Of a stretch of 64,000 nt of DNA, positions 8,254 to 17,783 are shown piece after piece (position 1 is the first letter of the stretch; each line of letters starts with the position of its first letter). Position numbers and translations under genes: made by a program. Source of the DNA: Clostridia bacterium (GTDB lineage: Bacteria; Bacillota; Clostridia; Oscillospirales; CAG-272); NCBI GenBank assembly GCA_017462385.1, contig JAFTRE010000032.1:104488-168487 (forward strand), in the 5' to 3' direction. The notes beneath the pieces are model-generated. The model was given only the letters and a program-made list of their open reading frames with translations. It ran no database searches and was not told the DNA's origin.

Positions 8254-8633
8254 GACATTTTCGTTTCGGCAAGCATACCGAGCTTTGAGAAAGCATATTT
8301 CAGCTCGCGTGCGATATCGGTGCTTTTTTTATCCGCTATTCCCTCGCGCGCGCTGATGACGATGATAAAGCCCGTCCTCAGCGTCGGCTCGACGGTGTCA
8401 AGCGCCGCGCGAATGACGCGCCGCGCCCGACTGCGAACAACCGCGCCGCCGATCTTTTTCGAAACCGTAAGACCGACGCGGTTGAGATATTTTTTCTCGG
8501 GATTTGCCCGCATCAGGCGGTACGCCGCCTTGTCCTTCAGGACAAAAACGCAGATATACCGCCCGCAAAAGCGGCTCCCGTTTGAATATGCTTTGCCGAA
8601 CAGGTGGTTTTCGGTGAGGGAAAGATGTTTCAT
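8250..8633 (-). CDS. rnpA: ribonuclease P protein component
   Basis: 127 aa and basic, with [22 protein letters not shown]. It lies between rpmH and yidD, and its stop overlaps the yidD start. Confidence 0.9.
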   Translation of the reverse strand: MKHLSLTENHLFGKAYSNGSRFCGRYICVFVLKDKAAYRLMRANPEKKYLNRVGLTVSKKIGGAVVRSRARRVIRAALDTVEPTLRTGFIIVISAREGIADKKSTDIARELKYAFSKLGMLAETKMS

Positions 8634-8760
8634 AACTACCTCACTTTTGATTTTTTGCCGACATTAAAAACCCCGACGCTCCTAAAAACACTTGTTGCGT
8701 TTGTCGGCGGTCGGTGGTTTTATCTCGATATTGACTATCGCGGTGAAGGCTCGGAGCAGA

Positions 8761-8895
8761 TCAATAAGAAAGTCTTACTCTGCCTTTTGCACGTCTTCTC
8801 TTAAGGACTTTTCTGCCGTCCGCGGTTCTCATTCTTTTTCTGAAGCCGTGCTCCTTCTGTCTCTGACGCTTTTTGGGCTGATAGGTTCTAAGCAT
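8761..8895 (-). CDS. rpmH: 50S ribosomal protein L34
   Basis: [44 protein letters not shown] (44 aa) from the internal ATG, preceded by AAGGAGG. The track ORF is over-extended to 8964. Confidence 0.95.
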   Translation of the reverse strand: MLRTYQPKKRQRQKEHGFRKRMRTADGRKVLKRRRAKGRVRLSY

Positions 8896-8977
8896 TTTAG
8901 ATGCACCTCCTTGTGGTTTGGTTATCGGAAGCGTAATATTCTGCTGATTTACACGTCCTGACACAATGACAGCCTAT

Positions 8978-9007
8978 ATTATACACCGTTTTATACCGCT
9001 TTGTCAA
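8978..9007 (-). promoter_or_regulatory. rpmH promoter candidate
   Basis: On the minus strand: TTGACA (9002-9007), an 18-nt spacer, then TATAAT (8978-8983). Confidence 0.55.
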
Positions 9008-9046
9008 TAGATTTTTGAAATTTTTCCAGCGGTTTTATTATTATTG

Positions 9047-9076
9047 TTGACAAATTTACGCGCAAAATGATATAAT
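9047..9076 (+). promoter_or_regulatory. strong sigma-70-type promoter, divergent from the rpmH promoter
   Basis: Consensus TTGACA (9047-9052), an 18-nt spacer, then consensus TATAAT (9071-9076). Confidence 0.6.
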
Positions 9077-9082
9077 AATGCC

Positions 9083-9445
9083 GTGAACGGTCACAATAAG
9101 GCCGGACACCGTAAGGGTGCGCTCAAAACGGTGCGGCGGTTGCTTTCCGATTCCGGGAAGTCATATCTGATACCATTTATGCCATAACTCGGACACCCGC
9201 TTGCGGGTGCGACAGGTGGCAAGTAGATTTTGTTACCGTGTGGCAATATGCCACCGTTGCCTTCCCGAGATGGGAGGTGATGCCGATGTATATAACATTG
9301 GAGCAGTTGTTCCTGATAGCAGGATTCATACTCGCGCTTTTGGTTTACATGGACAACAAAAAAAGATAACCGCCCTGACGACCAATCTTAGCGATTATCT
9401 TTAATCATTGAGCTTGGAAGCAACCGTCGCCGGTGCCCCTTACGT
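9083..9445 (+). ncRNA. candidate structured RNA (or mRNA leader) closed by a long-range 5'-3' helix and enclosing a small ORF
   Basis: 9110-9117 pairs perfectly with 9437-9444 (8 bp, extendable by about 4). 9133-9148 pairs with 9416-9430 (15 bp, one bulge, one GU). The SD GGGAGG (9272-9277) can pair with CUUCCC (9261-9266), and that anti-SD can alternatively pair with CGGGAAG (9154-9160). The motif CGGACACC..GGGTGCG recurs twice (9103-9121, 9190-9210). I could not recognise any conserved core of RNase P, tmRNA, SRP or 6S RNA. Confidence 0.45.
9286..9369 (+). CDS. 27-aa hydrophobic peptide MYITLEQLFLIAGFILALLVYMDNKKR (candidate type I toxin or holin-like small membrane peptide)
   Basis: ATG lies 8 nt after the GGGAGG SD. 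The peptide has a single TM-length hydrophobic stretch and a basic C-terminus (NKKR). Its architecture resembles the Hol-Tox (PF16935) and type I toxin families from memory. It is too short for the ORF track. Confidence 0.45.
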   Translation: MYITLEQLFLIAGFILALLVYMDNKKR

Positions 9446-9514
9446 GATTATAATAGCACATTTTTGCCTTATTGTCAAGCGGTATTTTGATTTTCATTCC
9501 AAAGGAGGTCGCGT

Positions 9515-10543
9515 ATGCTGAAAATACTGACCGAAGCCGAATTCAACCGTCAGCTCTCGTCCCCCGAGGCGGGATATCTGCTTTTCGGCGACGAGGACTA
9601 CACCAAGCAGCACGCACTGCGCCGTCTGCGCGAGGCTGTTTGCCCCGACCCCGTCGCCGCGACCTTTAACGACATTCGCTTTACCGCGCTCGATTTCACG
9701 CCCTCCAAGCTGCTCGACGCGCTCGAGCCACCTCCGATGCTTGGCGAGCGCAAAATAATCTCGGTCACAGGGCTGGATTTTTCCCTCTTGCGCGCCGACG
9801 AGACAAACGCGCTCTGCGACGCGCTCGGAGCACTCGCCGATTACGACTACAACACGCTGGTCATCTCGCTCTCCGAGGGTGCCATCGACGAGGGAAGACT
9901 GCCCAAAAAGCCCTCTGCCCTGCTCACCAGACTTTGTGAGCATCTGACGCCCGTCCGCTTTGCCCGTATAACGCCCGCCCGCCTTGCCGGCTGGGTAGGC
10001 AAGCACTTCGAGCACAACGGCGTCAATGCCGCTCCCGCGCTGTGCGCCCGCGTTGTGGACTATTGCGGCACCTCCATGTTTACGCTTGCCGCTGAGGTGG
10101 ACAAGATCAGCTTTTACGTCCGTGCACACGGACGTGCCGAGCTTTGTGAGGACGACATAACCGCCGTTGCGGTGGCCGACACCTCTTACGACGCTTTTGC
10201 CTTTGCCAACGCGCTGATCGCGGGCGACCGCCCCCGCGCGCTGGGCATACTGGCTGTCATGAAGCAGCAGCGCATCGAGCCGACCGTTATCATGGGCGAC
10301 GTTTCAAAATCGTTTTGCGAAATGCTCTCGGTGCGTCGTCTTATGGACGAAGGCGCCGCCATTCCCCTGATTGCCGCGACGACCAAGATACACGAATACC
10401 GCGTAGGTCTTTACGCCCGCGGCGTTGCATCGACAGACGGCGATGCGCTGTGCCGAATTATCCAAATGTGCGCCGAGGCGGACGCCGCCGTCAAGCTGTC
10501 ACGCGGATATGAAGCGATAGAACGCCTTATCTGCGGGATTTGA
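9515..10543 (+). CDS. holA: DNA polymerase III subunit delta
   Basis: 342 aa with the N-terminal GYLLFGDEDYTKQHALRRL pattern typical of HolA, and the right length. AAAGGAGG SD. Confidence 0.75.
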   Translation: MLKILTEAEFNRQLSSPEAGYLLFGDEDYTKQHALRRLREAVCPDPVAATFNDIRFTALDFTPSKLLDALEPPPMLGERKIISVTGLDFSLLRADETNALCDALGALADYDYNTLVISLSEGAIDEGRLPKKPSALLTRLCEHLTPVRFARITPARLAGWVGKHFEHNGVNAAPALCARVVDYCGTSMFTLAAEVDKISFYVRAHGRAELCEDDITAVAVADTSYDAFAFANALIAGDRPRALGILAVMKQQRIEPTVIMGDVSKSFCEMLSVRRLMDEGAAIPLIAATTKIHEYRVGLYARGVASTDGDALCRIIQMCAEADAAVKLSRGYEAIERLICGI

Positions 10544-10588
10544 CGTTATCTGTAAATATTTCCTGCGCACAAATATCAGGAGGTCAAG

Positions 10589-11587
10589 ATGAATAAAGAA
10601 TTAGAATTTTTACTTTATAACACTCCTCAGGACGACGTTGAAATAAATGTCATGATCGACAAAGAAACCGTCTGGCTCACGCAAGCGCAAATGTCGGAGC
10701 TTTTTCAACGCGATCGCACTGTTATAACCAAGCACATCAAAAACATTTTCGATGAGGGAGAACTGGAAGAACAAAGCAATGTGCAAAATTTGCACATTCC
10801 AAATTCTGACAAAAAAGTTGCTTTTTACAGCCTTGATGTTATCATTTCGGTAGGCTATCGGGTAAAATCTCTGCGCGGCACACAATTCCGCATTTGGGCG
10901 ACCGCGGTGCTCAAGGAATATATCCGCAAGGGCTTTGTTCTCGACGACGAGCGCTTAAAGCAAGGTCAGACAGCCTTCGATAAGGATTATTTTCAGGAAT
11001 TGCTTGAGCGCGTTCGCTCTATTCGCGCAAGCGAGCGCCGCGTATGGCAAAAAATCACCGACATTTTCGCCGAGTGCAGTACCGACTACGACAAGCGCTC
11101 TCCCGTCACAAAGGATTTTTACGCCACCGTGCAAAACAAATTCCACTACGCCATAACAGGTCAAACCGCCGCCGAGATCATATACAGTAAAGCCGACAGC
11201 GAAAAGCATAACATGGGGCTGACAACGTGGAAAAACGCTCCCGACGGCCGTGTTTTAAAATCCGATGTGACCGTCGCCAAAAACTACTTGAGTGAAGTTG
11301 AAATACGCCGTCTTGAGCGAACTGTTTCGGGCTTCTTTGACTATATAGAGGATCTGGTCGAGCGCGGCCACACCTTTACCATGGAGGATTTTTCAAAAAG
11401 CATTAACCGTTTCCTTGCGTTTCGTGAATATAAGATACTTGGGAACAAGGGCAGTATATCCCGTGAGGAGGCAGATCAAAAAGCATTTGCCGAATACGAT
11501 AAGTTTAATAAAACACAAAAAATCGTGTCCGACTTCGACAAAGAGATACGCCGTCTCAAAGAAAAGCATGATACACGCGAGGACTGA
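10589..11587 (+). CDS. RhuM-family (virulence-associated) protein
   Basis: 332 aa. EINVMIDKETVWLTQAQMSELFQRDRTVITKHIKNIF...VISVGYRVKSLRGTQFRIWAT matches the RhuM family as I recall it. The first ~300 nt are visibly AT-richer than the flanking genes. Confidence 0.75.
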   Translation: MNKELEFLLYNTPQDDVEINVMIDKETVWLTQAQMSELFQRDRTVITKHIKNIFDEGELEEQSNVQNLHIPNSDKKVAFYSLDVIISVGYRVKSLRGTQFRIWATAVLKEYIRKGFVLDDERLKQGQTAFDKDYFQELLERVRSIRASERRVWQKITDIFAECSTDYDKRSPVTKDFYATVQNKFHYAITGQTAAEIIYSKADSEKHNMGLTTWKNAPDGRVLKSDVTVAKNYLSEVEIRRLERTVSGFFDYIEDLVERGHTFTMEDFSKSINRFLAFREYKILGNKGSISREEADQKAFAEYDKFNKTQKIVSDFDKEIRRLKEKHDTRED

Positions 11588-11590
11588 TAT

Positions 11591-12973
11591 ATGAACTTAA
11601 ACGATACCATCGCCGCCATCTCCACGCCGCCCGGCAAGGGAGGAGTCGCACTTATCAGAATATCCGGCGACGAAGCGCTTTCCATTGCCGACAGGACTTT
11701 TCGCCCGAGATCGGGCAAAAGACTGTCCGACCTTGCCGCCCGCACGGCAATTTACGGCGACATTCTCACAAAAGAGCCGGACGGCAGTCTTGTTCGCATT
11801 GACGACGGCATCGCGACAGTTTTTCGTGCGCCCGCGTCATATACAGGCGAGGACACTGTGGAAATATGCTGTCACGGCGGCGCGCTTATCACGCGCGAGG
11901 TGTTGTCCGCCGTGCTCGCCGCCGGCGCGCGTCAAGCCGATGCAGGAGAGTTTACCCGCCGCGCTCACATCTCGGGGCGGCTGGGACTGTCTGCGGCGGA
12001 GGCGCTTGCCACGTTGCTTGACGCCAAAACACATGAACAGCTGAAACTGTCCCGCTCGGGGCTTGACGGCGCGCTGTCGCGCAAGACCTCCGAGCTTTAT
12101 AGCGAGCTACGCCGCCTTGTCAGTGACGTCTATGCCCGCGTCGACTTTCCCGAGGAGGATCTGGCGGGGCTTTCCCGCGACGAGCTGACCGAGGGCGTGC
12201 GCCAAGTTGAAGCCGAACTGCGCCATCTCATGAGCACATATCGCACGGGGCACGCCATTTCCGAGGGCATATCCACCGTGCTTTGCGGCGCTACCAACAG
12301 CGGCAAAAGCTCGCTTTACAATGCCCTGCTGGGTAAGGACGCCGCCATTGTCACCGACATTGCGGGCACGACGCGCGATATTCTGGAGGACACCGTCAGC
12401 TTCGGCGGCGTCACGTTGCGCCTGTGCGACACGGCGGGGCTGCGCGAGAGCGAGGACACGGTCGAGCGCATCGGCATTGAGCGGGCGAGAGAAAAAGTCG
12501 AGTCCGCAGAGCTTGTCATCGCGCTGTTTGACACCTCGCGCGAGCTGACCGAGCAGGACACTGCCCTGCTCGGCTATCTGGACGGACTTATTTCCCCGGT
12601 AATAATTCTCGAAACAAAATCCGACCTGCCCGCCCGCGCATCATTACCCGGGAAATACAGCGCCATCCGCGTCTCGACCAAGACAGGAGAGGGACTGGAG
12701 GCGCTGGCGGCACGTATAAATTCGCTTTTTATCGACGGAAATATAAACATTTCGACCGACGCGGTCGCCGCGACCGCGCGTCAGTATGCCGCGCTTTCCC
12801 GCGCTGCCGACGCGGTATCGGGAGCGCTGGCGGCGCTTGATGCGGGGCTTCCGGAGGATATCGCGGGCAGCGACATCGAGCTTGCCATGTCCGCGCTCGC
12901 CGAGATAGACGGGCGCGAGGTCACCGCCGACATCGTTTCCGAAATATTTTCCCGCTTTTGCGTGGGAAAATAA
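11591..12973 (+). CDS. mnmE: tRNA uridine-5-carboxymethylaminomethyl modification GTPase MnmE
   Basis: 460 aa with the G-domain motif GATNSGKSSL, DTAGLRE, and the diagnostic C-terminal CVGK. Confidence 0.95.
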   Translation: MNLNDTIAAISTPPGKGGVALIRISGDEALSIADRTFRPRSGKRLSDLAARTAIYGDILTKEPDGSLVRIDDGIATVFRAPASYTGEDTVEICCHGGALITREVLSAVLAAGARQADAGEFTRRAHISGRLGLSAAEALATLLDAKTHEQLKLSRSGLDGALSRKTSELYSELRRLVSDVYARVDFPEEDLAGLSRDELTEGVRQVEAELRHLMSTYRTGHAISEGISTVLCGATNSGKSSLYNALLGKDAAIVTDIAGTTRDILEDTVSFGGVTLRLCDTAGLRESEDTVERIGIERAREKVESAELVIALFDTSRELTEQDTALLGYLDGLISPVIILETKSDLPARASLPGKYSAIRVSTKTGEGLEALAARINSLFIDGNINISTDAVAATARQYAALSRAADAVSGALAALDAGLPEDIAGSDIELAMSALAEIDGREVTADIVSEIFSRFCVGK

Positions 12974-12993
12974 ACGAAATTTTCAAAAACCGC

Positions 12994-13022
12994 TTGCAAT
13001 CCCGCCCCAACGCATATATAAT
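12994..13022 (+). promoter_or_regulatory. promoter candidate for the PrsW-like gene
   Basis: TTGCAA (12994-12999), a 17-nt spacer, then TATAAT (13017-13022). Confidence 0.5.
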
Positions 13023-13052
13023 TAAAGCATCAACTGACATAGGAGTGCCATT

Positions 13053-14321
13053 ATGAAATTTTGCAGTAAATGCGGTACCTCTCTTGCCGACGACGCGCAG
13101 TTTTGCTCGTCCTGCGGAACGCCCTGCGCGGCGCAAAACGCCGAATCCGAGTCTAAAGCCGGAAACGCAAGCACAACCGAAAACAATACTCCGAAAAGCG
13201 ACAAGGACACCGTTTCGGCGGCGTTCAACAGCTTTACCGACAAAATAAGCCGCATGACGGGCGGCAGCGGCGCGGTGCGCCCTCCGCTCAAAACACTGTT
13301 TTCCAACATATTCACAAAGCATACCCCACGTGAGTCCGAGGACATTTTCATTTGCGGTACGGAGAGCACGCAGTCCGAGCTTACCGATGCCGACACCGCA
13401 TGGCCGCGCCCCTGGCTGTGGTCGCGCATTCTGCTGGTGTTCGGAATAGCCTTTGTGCTGTTGCATTTTTGCTGTGTCAACTTCGGCAACACAAACAGCT
13501 TTCCCGGTGTCATTTTTCTGGGAGCGTTTGCAATTCCCTTTGCCGTGCTTATGTTTTTCTTTGAGGCTAACACGCCCCGAAACATCAGCTTTTTCACAGT
13601 CCTCAAATACTTTTTGATCGGCGGCTGTGCTTCGCTGGTCGTAACGCTGTTTTTGTTCGACATTTTGAATTTCGATCTCGACCAGTATCTCGACGCGATA
13701 CTCACCGGCATTATAGAGGAGACCGCAAAGCTTGCCATCGTGGCGGCGGTCATATATAAGAGTCCCAAGATCAAATACGCCATCAACGGCATTTTGGTCG
13801 GCGCGGCTATCGGCACCGGCTTTGCCGCATTTGAGTCGGCGGGCTATGCCTTTAATATTTTCCTCACCGCCGTTTTTTCGAGCGGGTCGCTCTCGGTTGC
13901 ATACAGCGAGATGGTCGAAAATATTTTGTTGCGCGGCATTCTCTCGCCCGGCGGTCACATCGCATGGGCGGCGATCGCGGGATATGCGGTCATGCTGGTC
14001 AAGGGTGATGCACAGCTCAGCGTCGGTTTTCTCAACAAAAAGGCGTTCTGGAAGATATTCTGGATTCCGATCGCCCTGCACGCCGTCTGGGATATGCCCT
14101 TTTCGTTCGGCAACAGTATGGCGGGCGCGATACTGTTCCGCCTTGTGCTGGTGGTGCTTGCATGGATAGTTTTGCTGGTGCTCATCGGCAACTCGCTCTC
14201 CCAGATCGGCGAGATACTCAAGAAAAACAAATCCGCGCTCGTCCCTCCCGCACCGCAAGCCGAGGCAGACACCCCGACGCAGCCCGAACAAAATAACCAA
14301 AACGAAAAAGAAAACGAATAA
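13053..14321 (+). CDS. zinc-ribbon-fused PrsW-family intramembrane protease
   Basis: N-terminal double CxxC (KFCSKCG...FCSSCG), multiple TM helices, and the PrsW-type motifs IIEETAKL and LHAVWD. Confidence 0.7.
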   Translation: MKFCSKCGTSLADDAQFCSSCGTPCAAQNAESESKAGNASTTENNTPKSDKDTVSAAFNSFTDKISRMTGGSGAVRPPLKTLFSNIFTKHTPRESEDIFICGTESTQSELTDADTAWPRPWLWSRILLVFGIAFVLLHFCCVNFGNTNSFPGVIFLGAFAIPFAVLMFFFEANTPRNISFFTVLKYFLIGGCASLVVTLFLFDILNFDLDQYLDAILTGIIEETAKLAIVAAVIYKSPKIKYAINGILVGAAIGTGFAAFESAGYAFNIFLTAVFSSGSLSVAYSEMVENILLRGILSPGGHIAWAAIAGYAVMLVKGDAQLSVGFLNKKAFWKIFWIPIALHAVWDMPFSFGNSMAGAILFRLVLVVLAWIVLLVLIGNSLSQIGEILKKNKSALVPPAPQAEADTPTQPEQNNQNEKENE

Positions 14322-14328
14322 ATAAACG

Positions 14329-14380
14329 AAAATCCGCCCGCCGACATTGTGAAATGTGTCAGCGGACGGATTTTGTTTTT
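14329..14380 (+). terminator. intrinsic terminator after the PrsW-like gene (convergent with infB)
   Basis: AAAATCCGCCCGCCGACA-10 nt-TGTCAGCGGACGGATTTT followed by TTTTGTTTTT. Confidence 0.7.
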
Positions 14381-14454
14381 ACGCCGTAGGGCGGGGGCTT
14401 GCTCCCGCCGCAACGGTAGATTTATGCGTTCCTCGCGGGTCGGCGACCCATTCC

Positions 14455-17364
14455 TTACTGCTCGATCTCTTCCATGATATAAGCTTCGAGGATATCGCCG
14501 ATCTTGAGGTCAGTGAATCTTTCAAGGCCTATACCGCATTCGTAGCCGCTCGCAACCTCGCGAACGTCGTCCTTGAAGCGGCGGAGCGAGGATATCTTAT
14601 CCTCGAACACGACCACACCCGCGCGAAGCACACGAATGAGCGAAGCACGCGTGATCTTGCCGTCCTGAACGTACGAGCCCGCAATAGTGCCGACATTGGG
14701 AACGTGAATGGTCTGTCTGACCTCGGCGTGACCCATGAGAGTCTCCTTATACTTGGGAGCCAGCATACCTTTCATGGCCGCTGTGATCTCCTCTATGCAC
14801 TGGTAAATGACTCTGTAGGTGCGGATATCGACATTCTGTCTCTCAGCGCTGTCCAGCGCGCTCTTATCGGGGCGCACATTAAAGCCTACGATAATTGCAT
14901 TGGATGCTGCGGCGAACATAACGTCACCCTCGGTGATACCGCCCGCTGCCGCGTGGATGACCTTGACCTTGACTTCCTCGTTGGATATCTTCTCCAGCGA
15001 CGCCTTGACCGCCTCTGCCGAGCCGCCGACGTCTGCCTTGACGATGATATTGAGCACCTTGACGCCGTCGGATATCTGCGCGAACAGGTCATTGAGGTTA
15101 GCGCGGGCATTTGCCTTGAACACTTCCTCCTTTGCCTTATCGCGGCGCTGATCCGCCAGCTCTCTTGCCATCTTTTCGTCCTCAACGGCGTTGAATTCGT
15201 CGCCCGCCTGCGGAACCTCGGCAAGACCCGTGATCTCAACGGGGACGGAGGGGGCGGCGCTCTTGAGCGTTCTGCCGGTATGGTCGGTCATGGCGCGGAC
15301 GCGGCCGACTGCGGTGCCCGCGATAACGACGTCGCCGCTGCGAAGCGTACCGTTCTGAACCAGCACGGTAGCCACAGGTCCGCGGCCCTTATCCAGCTTT
15401 GCCTCGATAACGATACCCTTTGCGCGTCTGTTGGGGTTAGCCTTGAGCTCCTTGACGTCTGCGACCAGCAGTACACTTTCGAGCAGGTCGTCAATGCCCA
15501 TGCCCGTGAGCGCGGAAACGGGAACGCAGATCACGTCGCCGCCCCATTCCTCGGGAACAAGCTCGTATTTTGTAAGCTCCTGAAGTATATGATCGGGATT
15601 TGCCGTGGGCTTATCCATCTTATTGATAGCAACTACGATATCAATGCCCGCCGCTTTCGCGTGGTTTATAGCCTCGACGGTCTGGGGCATAATGCCGTCA
15701 TCTGCCGCGACGACGAGTATTGCGATATCCGTCGCCTGTGCGCCGCGGGCGCGCATTGCGGTAAACGCCTCGTGACCGGGGGTGTCAAGGAAAGTAATAT
15801 CTCTGCCCTTGATCTTTACGCGGTAAGCACCGATGTGCTGTGTGATACCGCCCGCCTCGCCCGAGGTAACGTGGGTATGACGAATAGCATCGAGCAGCGA
15901 GGTCTTACCGTGGTCAACGTGACCCATGACGCAGACGACGGGTGCGCGCTCGAGCAATGCGGACTCATCGTCCTGCTGATCGTCGAACAGCTTTTCTTCG
16001 ATGGTAACGACCACCTCTTTGGTGACCTCGGCACCCAGCTCATCCGCGATGAGATAAGCGGTGTCGTAATCTATAAACTCATTGACAGTCACCATCATGC
16101 CCATCATCATGAGTCTCTTGACGACCTCGCCCGCCGTCACCTTAAGGCGAGAGGCAAGCTCGGCGACACTGATTTCATCGGGAATGGACACCTTGACGGG
16201 CTGTTTTTTGATGACATGCTGTTTTTTGGGCTGGAACTTCTGATTTCTCTGGTTCTGGCGCTGGTCTGTATTCTTTTTCTTGACGCGCTCACTGCCACCG
16301 CGCATATCGCGGATGGACTCGGGAACGATGTTATCCAGCTTTTCGTCGTACTTGGAAAGGTCGACTGTAGTGCCTCTGGTATCTATGACGCGAGGTCCCG
16401 TACCCTCCTTTTTGGGGCCCTGACCGCGAACGATGGGCTGCGCCTGGAAGGTCTCGCGAGGCTGACCCGAGCGCTCTCTCTCGGGCTTCCGACCCTGCTG
16501 ACCGGGGCGCTGTCCGCCCTTGTTGTCGCGATTATCCCGATTATCGCGGTTGTCTCGACTGTCAAAAGGACGGCCCTGACCGCCTGCAGGACGGTCCTGA
16601 TTGCGGTCAAATGCGGGGCGATCCGAGTTACGATCCGAGTTACGGTCGCCGTTCTGGGGACGCTGGCCCTGCGGTGCGCCGTAAGGTCTGTCATTCGGGC
16701 GCTGGGGTGCGCCGTTATTTCTGTCTCTGTCAAACGCGGGACGCTGACCTGCGTTATTATTCGTATGGGGTTTATCCTGATGCCGGTCGCCACGCTCCGG
16801 ACGAGCATCCTTGTTGCGGTCATTCTTCTGCGGCTGTCCCGACTGACGGTCACCGCGCTCATAGCGCGGCTGGCTTTGTGCCGGCTGCTGCGGCTGTGCA
16901 GGCTGCTTCGGTTGTGCGGGCTGTGTAGCTTGCGCCGCTTGTTTCGGTTGCGCCGGCTGTGCAGGCTTTTCCTGCGTTGCGGCCTTCTCCGAAACATTTT
17001 TTTCCGAAACGGGCTTTTGCGCCTCGGCTTTTTCCGTTGCGGCTTTATCCGCTACGGGCTTCTCCTGCTTCGGTTCTTCCGTCTTGGGAGCATCTGCCTC
17101 GGGTGCGTCTGCATTAAGCTCAGCCTCCTTTTTGGATGCGCCGGAAGAAGGTATATATGTTATACCGTCAAGATAATCCTCAATATTTTTTATTTGATGT
17201 GATGTTGTAAGCTGCTCAAAAAGCGCGTCGAACTCGGCGGGCTCGAGCGTTTTCTGGGACTTTGCCTCAAATCCTTTCTCCTTAAGAATATCGGTGATAT
17301 CTTTGGTTTTGAGACCGAGATCCTTTGCAAGTTGATTTACTTTAAACTGCGGTGCTATTGCCAT
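14455..17364 (-). CDS. infB: translation initiation factor IF-2
   Basis: GTPase domain ([26 protein letters not shown]) and the operon context. The start was moved to ATG 17364 ([17 protein letters not shown]). The N-terminal region is low-complexity, with Q/P/A- and DR/DN-rich repeats. Confidence 0.95.
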   Translation of the reverse strand: MAIAPQFKVNQLAKDLGLKTKDITDILKEKGFEAKSQKTLEPAEFDALFEQLTTSHQIKNIEDYLDGITYIPSSGASKKEAELNADAPEADAPKTEEPKQEKPVADKAATEKAEAQKPVSEKNVSEKAATQEKPAQPAQPKQAAQATQPAQPKQPAQPQQPAQSQPRYERGDRQSGQPQKNDRNKDARPERGDRHQDKPHTNNNAGQRPAFDRDRNNGAPQRPNDRPYGAPQGQRPQNGDRNSDRNSDRPAFDRNQDRPAGGQGRPFDSRDNRDNRDNRDNKGGQRPGQQGRKPERERSGQPRETFQAQPIVRGQGPKKEGTGPRVIDTRGTTVDLSKYDEKLDNIVPESIRDMRGGSERVKKKNTDQRQNQRNQKFQPKKQHVIKKQPVKVSIPDEISVAELASRLKVTAGEVVKRLMMMGMMVTVNEFIDYDTAYLIADELGAEVTKEVVVTIEEKLFDDQQDDESALLERAPVVCVMGHVDHGKTSLLDAIRHTHVTSGEAGGITQHIGAYRVKIKGRDITFLDTPGHEAFTAMRARGAQATDIAILVVAADDGIMPQTVEAINHAKAAGIDIVVAINKMDKPTANPDHILQELTKYELVPEEWGGDVICVPVSALTGMGIDDLLESVLLVADVKELKANPNRRAKGIVIEAKLDKGRGPVATVLVQNGTLRSGDVVIAGTAVGRVRAMTDHTGRTLKSAAPSVPVEITGLAEVPQAGDEFNAVEDEKMARELADQRRDKAKEEVFKANARANLNDLFAQISDGVKVLNIIVKADVGGSAEAVKASLEKISNEEVKVKVIHAAAGGITEGDVMFAAASNAIIVGFNVRPDKSALDSAERQNVDIRTYRVIYQCIEEITAAMKGMLAPKYKETLMGHAEVRQTIHVPNVGTIAGSYVQDGKITRASLIRVLRAGVVVFEDKISSLRRFKDDVREVASGYECGIGLERFTDLKIGDILEAYIMEEIEQ

Positions 17365-17432
17365 ATATAAACCCCCATTCCGCCGCTTGCGCGGCAGCTT
17401 TTTGTCGTAGATTTTGCTTTGACCGACCCCGT

Positions 17433-17783
17433 TCAGCGTACTGAGTCGAGCTGTTTTTGTACCGCGCGACACAGATTTTCATCCGTAATACCGACCGCGG
17501 CAAGCTCTCCCGTCCGTCCCAGCGCCGCCGCGAGCGTCGCGGCATCAACCGGAATAACGGTGTGAGCAATATTATAGTATGTGCATTTGTCTGTTAATTT
17601 TTTATGCGTGTTTGCCGAGCATCCCTCGGCCTCAATGACCAGTCGCGGCTGTCCTTTCGGCGATTTTTTTCGCATCGCCTCGCAGACATTGTCCGTTCCG
17701 AACACCAGCGCGCCCGCGCGCACGCACAAGCCGAGCACGCCGAGCAGGCGACTCATGTCGCGAGCGTTGTCATTCGCACTCAT
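17433..17783 (-). CDS. ylxQ: L7Ae/L30e-family RNA-binding protein YlxQ
   Basis: 116 aa, [15 protein letters not shown]..., located between ylxR and infB. Confidence 0.8.
   Translation of the reverse strand: MSANDNARDMSRLLGVLGLCVRAGALVFGTDNVCEAMRKKSPKGQPRLVIEAEGCSANTHKKLTDKCTYYNIAHTVIPVDAATLAAALGRTGELAAVGITDENLCRAVQKQLDSVR

Noticed and set aside
8965-9046. Possible oriC or DnaA-box cluster upstream of rpmH, where dnaA often lies.
   Set aside because: I found only one 8-of-9 match to TTATNCACA (TTATACACC near 8980). No dnaA or dnaN gene is adjacent and there is no AT-rich unwinding repeat set. The spacer is better explained by two divergent promoters and the structured RNA.
9083-9445. Whether the structured RNA is RNase P RNA, tmRNA, SRP RNA, 6S RNA or a known riboswitch.
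   Set aside because: I could not find the universal cores: GAGGAAAGUCC for RNase P, a tRNA-like GGUUCGAAUCC...CCA end for tmRNA, or the SRP GGAA/AGCA domain IV motifs. The embedded ORF has a normal ATG and SD, unlike a tmRNA tag. This still needs a covariance-model search to be certain.
14356-17202. A 948-aa plus-strand ORF.
   Set aside because: It is an antisense shadow of infB. The sequence is repetitive ([12 protein letters not shown]...), has no SD and overlaps the convergent terminator region.
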